From: Bugula neritina
Taxonomy: Eukaryota > Animalia > Bryozoa
Direction of reading: 5' to 3'
Assembly: GCA_964035545.1 (NCBI GenBank)
Contig: OZ037770.1
Coordinates: forward strand, 11,490,463-11,554,462
DNA: 64,000 nt
Shown here piece by piece: positions 59,927 to 64,000 of this stretch (positions are counted from its first letter, which is position 1; each line of letters opens with the position of its first letter). The notes beneath the pieces were generated by a model. That model saw nothing but the letters and a program-made list of their open reading frames with translations. It searched no databases and had not been told where the DNA came from. The position numbers were made by a program, and so were the translations under genes.

Positions 59927-61208
59927 CGTTATTTTAATCCCGCATCTGCGCAGAAAGGTCTAACACTAACAGGAACTATAAGTAGTTCCATAGGTCTTCC
60001 GTGACGAGGTGAAGTTTGCCCCATTAATTGTTTACCAACAGCAATAACTGTAAGTGTTAGCAAACTTGAAAGCGATGTTGATTGTTTTCAAATTTTAGTT
60101 TTAAAGTCAACTTATTGTAGTTCTATTATCTCTAGTTTCGGATAGTTATACTGATAGTGACACTCATACTCATAGACTGAGAGTGATAGTCATACTCATA
60201 GTCATACTGATACTGATACTCAATCTCATACTCATACTGTTTCACACAGTCTCACTCACTTGACTCATACTCATAGTGATAGTCAGTGACAGTCACACTG
60301 ACACTCACTTACAGTACCACGCTTAGTCTTGCTGTCACACTCACTGCCACAGTGTTTTGATAATGACAATCACAATGATTATGATAACATTTCTCATCAT
60401 CAGCAACTGCAAGATACTTGTGATTTAGTTACTATTTGTCAGTCTCATGATCATCTTCATCTTGAGTTTGTACTTATCATCATGAGAACGTAGATGCTGA
60501 TAATCATAGTCATAATCATAATGATGTTGAAGTTTAAATTATCAAATGATACAAATTAAAGTATTAGCAAAGCATATGTTTTGTAATTTAATAAAACTGC
60601 TCAACAGAACTTATTAAACTTACAGGGCCTCTGCTGTAGACTGTAGAGGTGGATGTAGTAACAGAAGCATTAGAAACCACATATATTTCTAGCTATTTAC
60701 AATACAATAATTCCAATTTCTCCACATTCTATTAAATGTCAATAAAATGCATCATTTTTTTGGAATATTGAGTGAATTACAAGGAAAACCTAATTCAAGA
60801 ACCTTCATAATTTTTTTGGCTACAAGTCCCAATTCTTAGAATAATTATTAAGAAAATTTCTCTTGTTACTAATTGATTTATTATGTAATAGCTCTGGACT
60901 ATTATCTGCAGGTACTGCAGTATGCAAGTGTGTATTTACATCATGGTATTACAATATATAGTTTATTATACAGCAAGTGTTCATTATTAAAAAGATCCTT
61001 TTCAAGTGTTGGAGAGTGCTTGAAATACATTATATCTGCACTGCAGTTTTATAGTTGAGTCACATTCTACATTCTTTAAAGATATTAAGTAGTGAGTCAG
61101 AAGAAACACAGACATAAACTACTAAATTCTCTCATTACTGTGAACTACATGGGATCTGAATACACTTTGTAATATGTTCTCCTGTTTTATAATATAGAGT
61201 TGAGCGAA

Positions 61209-63388
61209 ATGGCTGCAGCAGAAGAAGTTGAGTGTGGATTCTGTTTACTAAAAGAAGGTTTAGAGAATCCCAAGTGTCTACCATGTGGTCATGTACACTG
61301 TTTACTATGTCTTACTCGTAATGTTGATGTGAATGACATGATCAGGTGTCCCTGGTGTAGGTAAGTTAGTTTTGTATAGACAGAGGTGAGATATATTGTT
61401 GGTAAAGAGTTCATGATTTACATCATATGTTTTACCTTATACCGAATTTTTGCATTCCGTTATATATAGTTTCAATTATTACTAGATAATTATGTGTCTT
61501 GTCATAGGGAAGTGTTTGATGAGAGAGTGGAAAGTCTTCCATCTGCTGATGTAGCAGACAACTCCGTATCATGTGACGTGTGCACTAAAAAGGGGCTGAA
61601 GAAAGTACCAGCAGTCATATACTGTATTGTGTGCCGTAAACTCTTCTGCAGAAAACATAATGAGGTGATACTTTCATTAAATACTTCTTCAGTTGATGTT
61701 CAACACTGCATACTCTAACTCAGCCTCTGATTACATATTGTATACTTGAATGTTGATTTATAAGAAAGCACTGAGTGATCATGTTTCACTTTTATCTGTT
61801 TTATCTGCTCTCATGTAAACTATACATTTATTTTTAGACTTTGTGTTAGTGGGAATTTTTATGTTCCTATAAATATTTGTAAATGTTTATATCATGTATT
61901 TGTAAGTTCCGTTTCTTTTCCACAATATGGATAGTTGAGTTATATTTCTCAGTAAATATATATTCTGTTATATTCAGTCACATGATGACACGAGTGATGA
62001 CCACCAGAAGATGACCATCTCGGACTACAGAATACAAGCCAAGAGACTGGAGAAAAGAATTTGTCCCAAACACACAGCATATCCCTACATACAAGGATGT
62101 AGAGTCTGTGCTCAGCTGTTCTGTGTGCAGTGTGTATCTCGGACTAACTTTTGTGTTGGAGGTAAAAGAATCTACTGAAAGTTATTTGCTAAACGTTGGG
62201 AAATTTGACAAACTATATTACTTATCTCAGTAACTCTTGTAATAAAGCTGTCTCCTCCAGCAATCAAACTTCAGTCCTCCAACTAGCAAGCTAACGCGCT
62301 ACCCATTACACTATGAGGGCTACTAGGGTGTCACAACACTAAAAATCTGAAGCTAGTATAGAGAAATGGTTTGCTAACTTTACTTATGGTAGAATTATCT
62401 AACTCGTTATTTTTAAACTAGAGATTCAGCAGTAGGTAAATAATTTTTGAATTATAAAATGTAGTCAATTGAACATTTAAAATAAAAATTAGAGATAATG
62501 AATGTAGGACAATAGTAAGACATTTATGATGATATATATTAATAATTATTTTATGTAGCTAGTATTATGTCTATTAGTATAGATAAAAACCCCTCATTTC
62601 GTCAAGTCCGCACATTTAATGCAAAAGCTGTACAAGTAGTGGTTATGAGTGCTGTATTCCGTCAAATCTGAGTGAATTTTTGTAAATTCAAATGTCACTC
62701 ACTTATACAGCCTGTCTAAGCTTTGTCACGATTTTGCCACGGTGAAGTTTAGTTTTTATTTTCATTTTAGACTCACCACACCACATGGTTAATCTAGATG
62801 ATTTAATCAAAGAGCTTATCAAAATAGATGATCTTCTCACCACTGAAGACAAGATGTCTGCTTTCTTCAAACACCTTTCTAAAACTGTGTCAGACTTTGA
62901 TAATGAGACGGAGGAATTGCTGAATATTCTTCATACACAGCGTGATGAACAGGTTGTGTGTTTATAGAAAATACTTTCTGTTACTCTGTAATCTACATTC
63001 TGTAGTCAGGTGTTAGTAAAGCATTGTAATACTAATACTTAGGAGTAAAATTTAGGTAATTAGCTACTATTCTATGTGAATTATACCACTATTTTTTGTT
63101 TAAGGATTTAGGAATGTTATGCGAAATTATCTATGCTGTTTTTTGACATAATTCTGAAACACTTTCTCTAATTTGTTGTCCACTTTCTACAATGTGCTGA
63201 TACAATGTATGATGTAGTTGACTGAAATGAGACTAAAGTATGAGAAACTGGAGAAGGAATTCTTAGCTAGTAGAAAGAAGACTAAAGAGGAACTGAACAG
63301 ATACATGGAGAGAGAAGTTGGAACTGTTTTGTCTCAACTGAGTAACAGTAGAATGAAGATAGACGCTCAACTTAGACAAAACCATCAG
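61209..63388 (+). CDS. TRIM copy C8, 3'-partial (exons 1-5 in window)
   Basis: Exons 61209-61360, 61508-61664, 61978-62161, 62771-62952, 63218-63388. Confidence 0.88.
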
Positions 63389-63679
63389 GTGAGCAGTGTT
63401 CACCATCTGTTTATATTTAGAATATATTTAGAATATATTTAGAATATTGTTTTTATAGGTCTTTAAGAATGGCTATCGTGTGGCCCTATGCTAAGTTTAT
63501 CTTTTTCGTTTATTTCTGTTTCAGCTGTCCTACGATATTGAAAAATAAAATGAAAATAAAAGAATTTATACAAGTTATTATTTTACATTTGCAGCAATTT
63601 TCTTCACACCAGTCTTGATTATTTACTTCTTTTACAGGTCTATGGTTTTATGCAAAAGTGTAAACAATCTGCAAGCTAT

Positions 63680-64000
63680 GACATCATAGCTGTATAGCTA
63701 TGACATCACATATGTATAGCTATGACATCATAGCTGTATAGTTATGACATCATAGCGGTATAGTAATGATGTCATAGCTGTATAGTTATGATGTCATAGC
63801 TGTCTAGTTATGACATCATAGCTGTATAGTTATGGCATCATATCTGTATAGTTATGGCATCATATCTGTATAGTTATGAAATCAGAGCTGTATAGTTATG
63901 ACATCATAGTTGTATAGTTATGACATCATATCTGTATAGTGATGATATCATATCATTTAGTTATGACATAGCTGTATAGTTATGACATCATAGCTGTATA
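63680..64000. repeat. 22-bp minisatellite, at least 14 units, intron 5 of C8
   Basis: Same unit as 1361-1743; runs off the window. Confidence 0.93.

Overview
AT-rich eukaryotic (invertebrate-like, spliceosomal introns) genomic DNA. The window is a tandem, all plus-strand array of at least 8 paralogous 8-coding-exon TRIM genes (RING - B-box1 - B-box2 - coiled coil - NHL-like beta-propeller, about 585-600 aa, no filamin domain), named C1-C8 here. C5, C6 and C7 look intact, C1 and C8 run off the window, C2 has a late frameshift, C3 lacks exons 1-6 and C4 has an early nonsense codon. The RING and coiled-coil exons are nearly invariant, while short patches recurring once per propeller blade are hypervariable, which suggests a diversifying recognition (innate-immune-like) E3 ligase repertoire. 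Copies are mosaics of shared intron and spacer types, sit behind two different upstream regions (NF-kB-site type vs E-box/CRE-ETS type) and carry a variable-number 51-bp repeat of the exon-6 splice donor. The array also holds a young full-length Ty3/Gypsy element with an unusual zinc-finger extension of Pol and a highly palindromic LTR, a truncated related Gypsy element, solo LTRs, LINE fragments and minisatellites. Exon boundaries were read by eye from GT-AG sites and frame continuity; no database searches were run.
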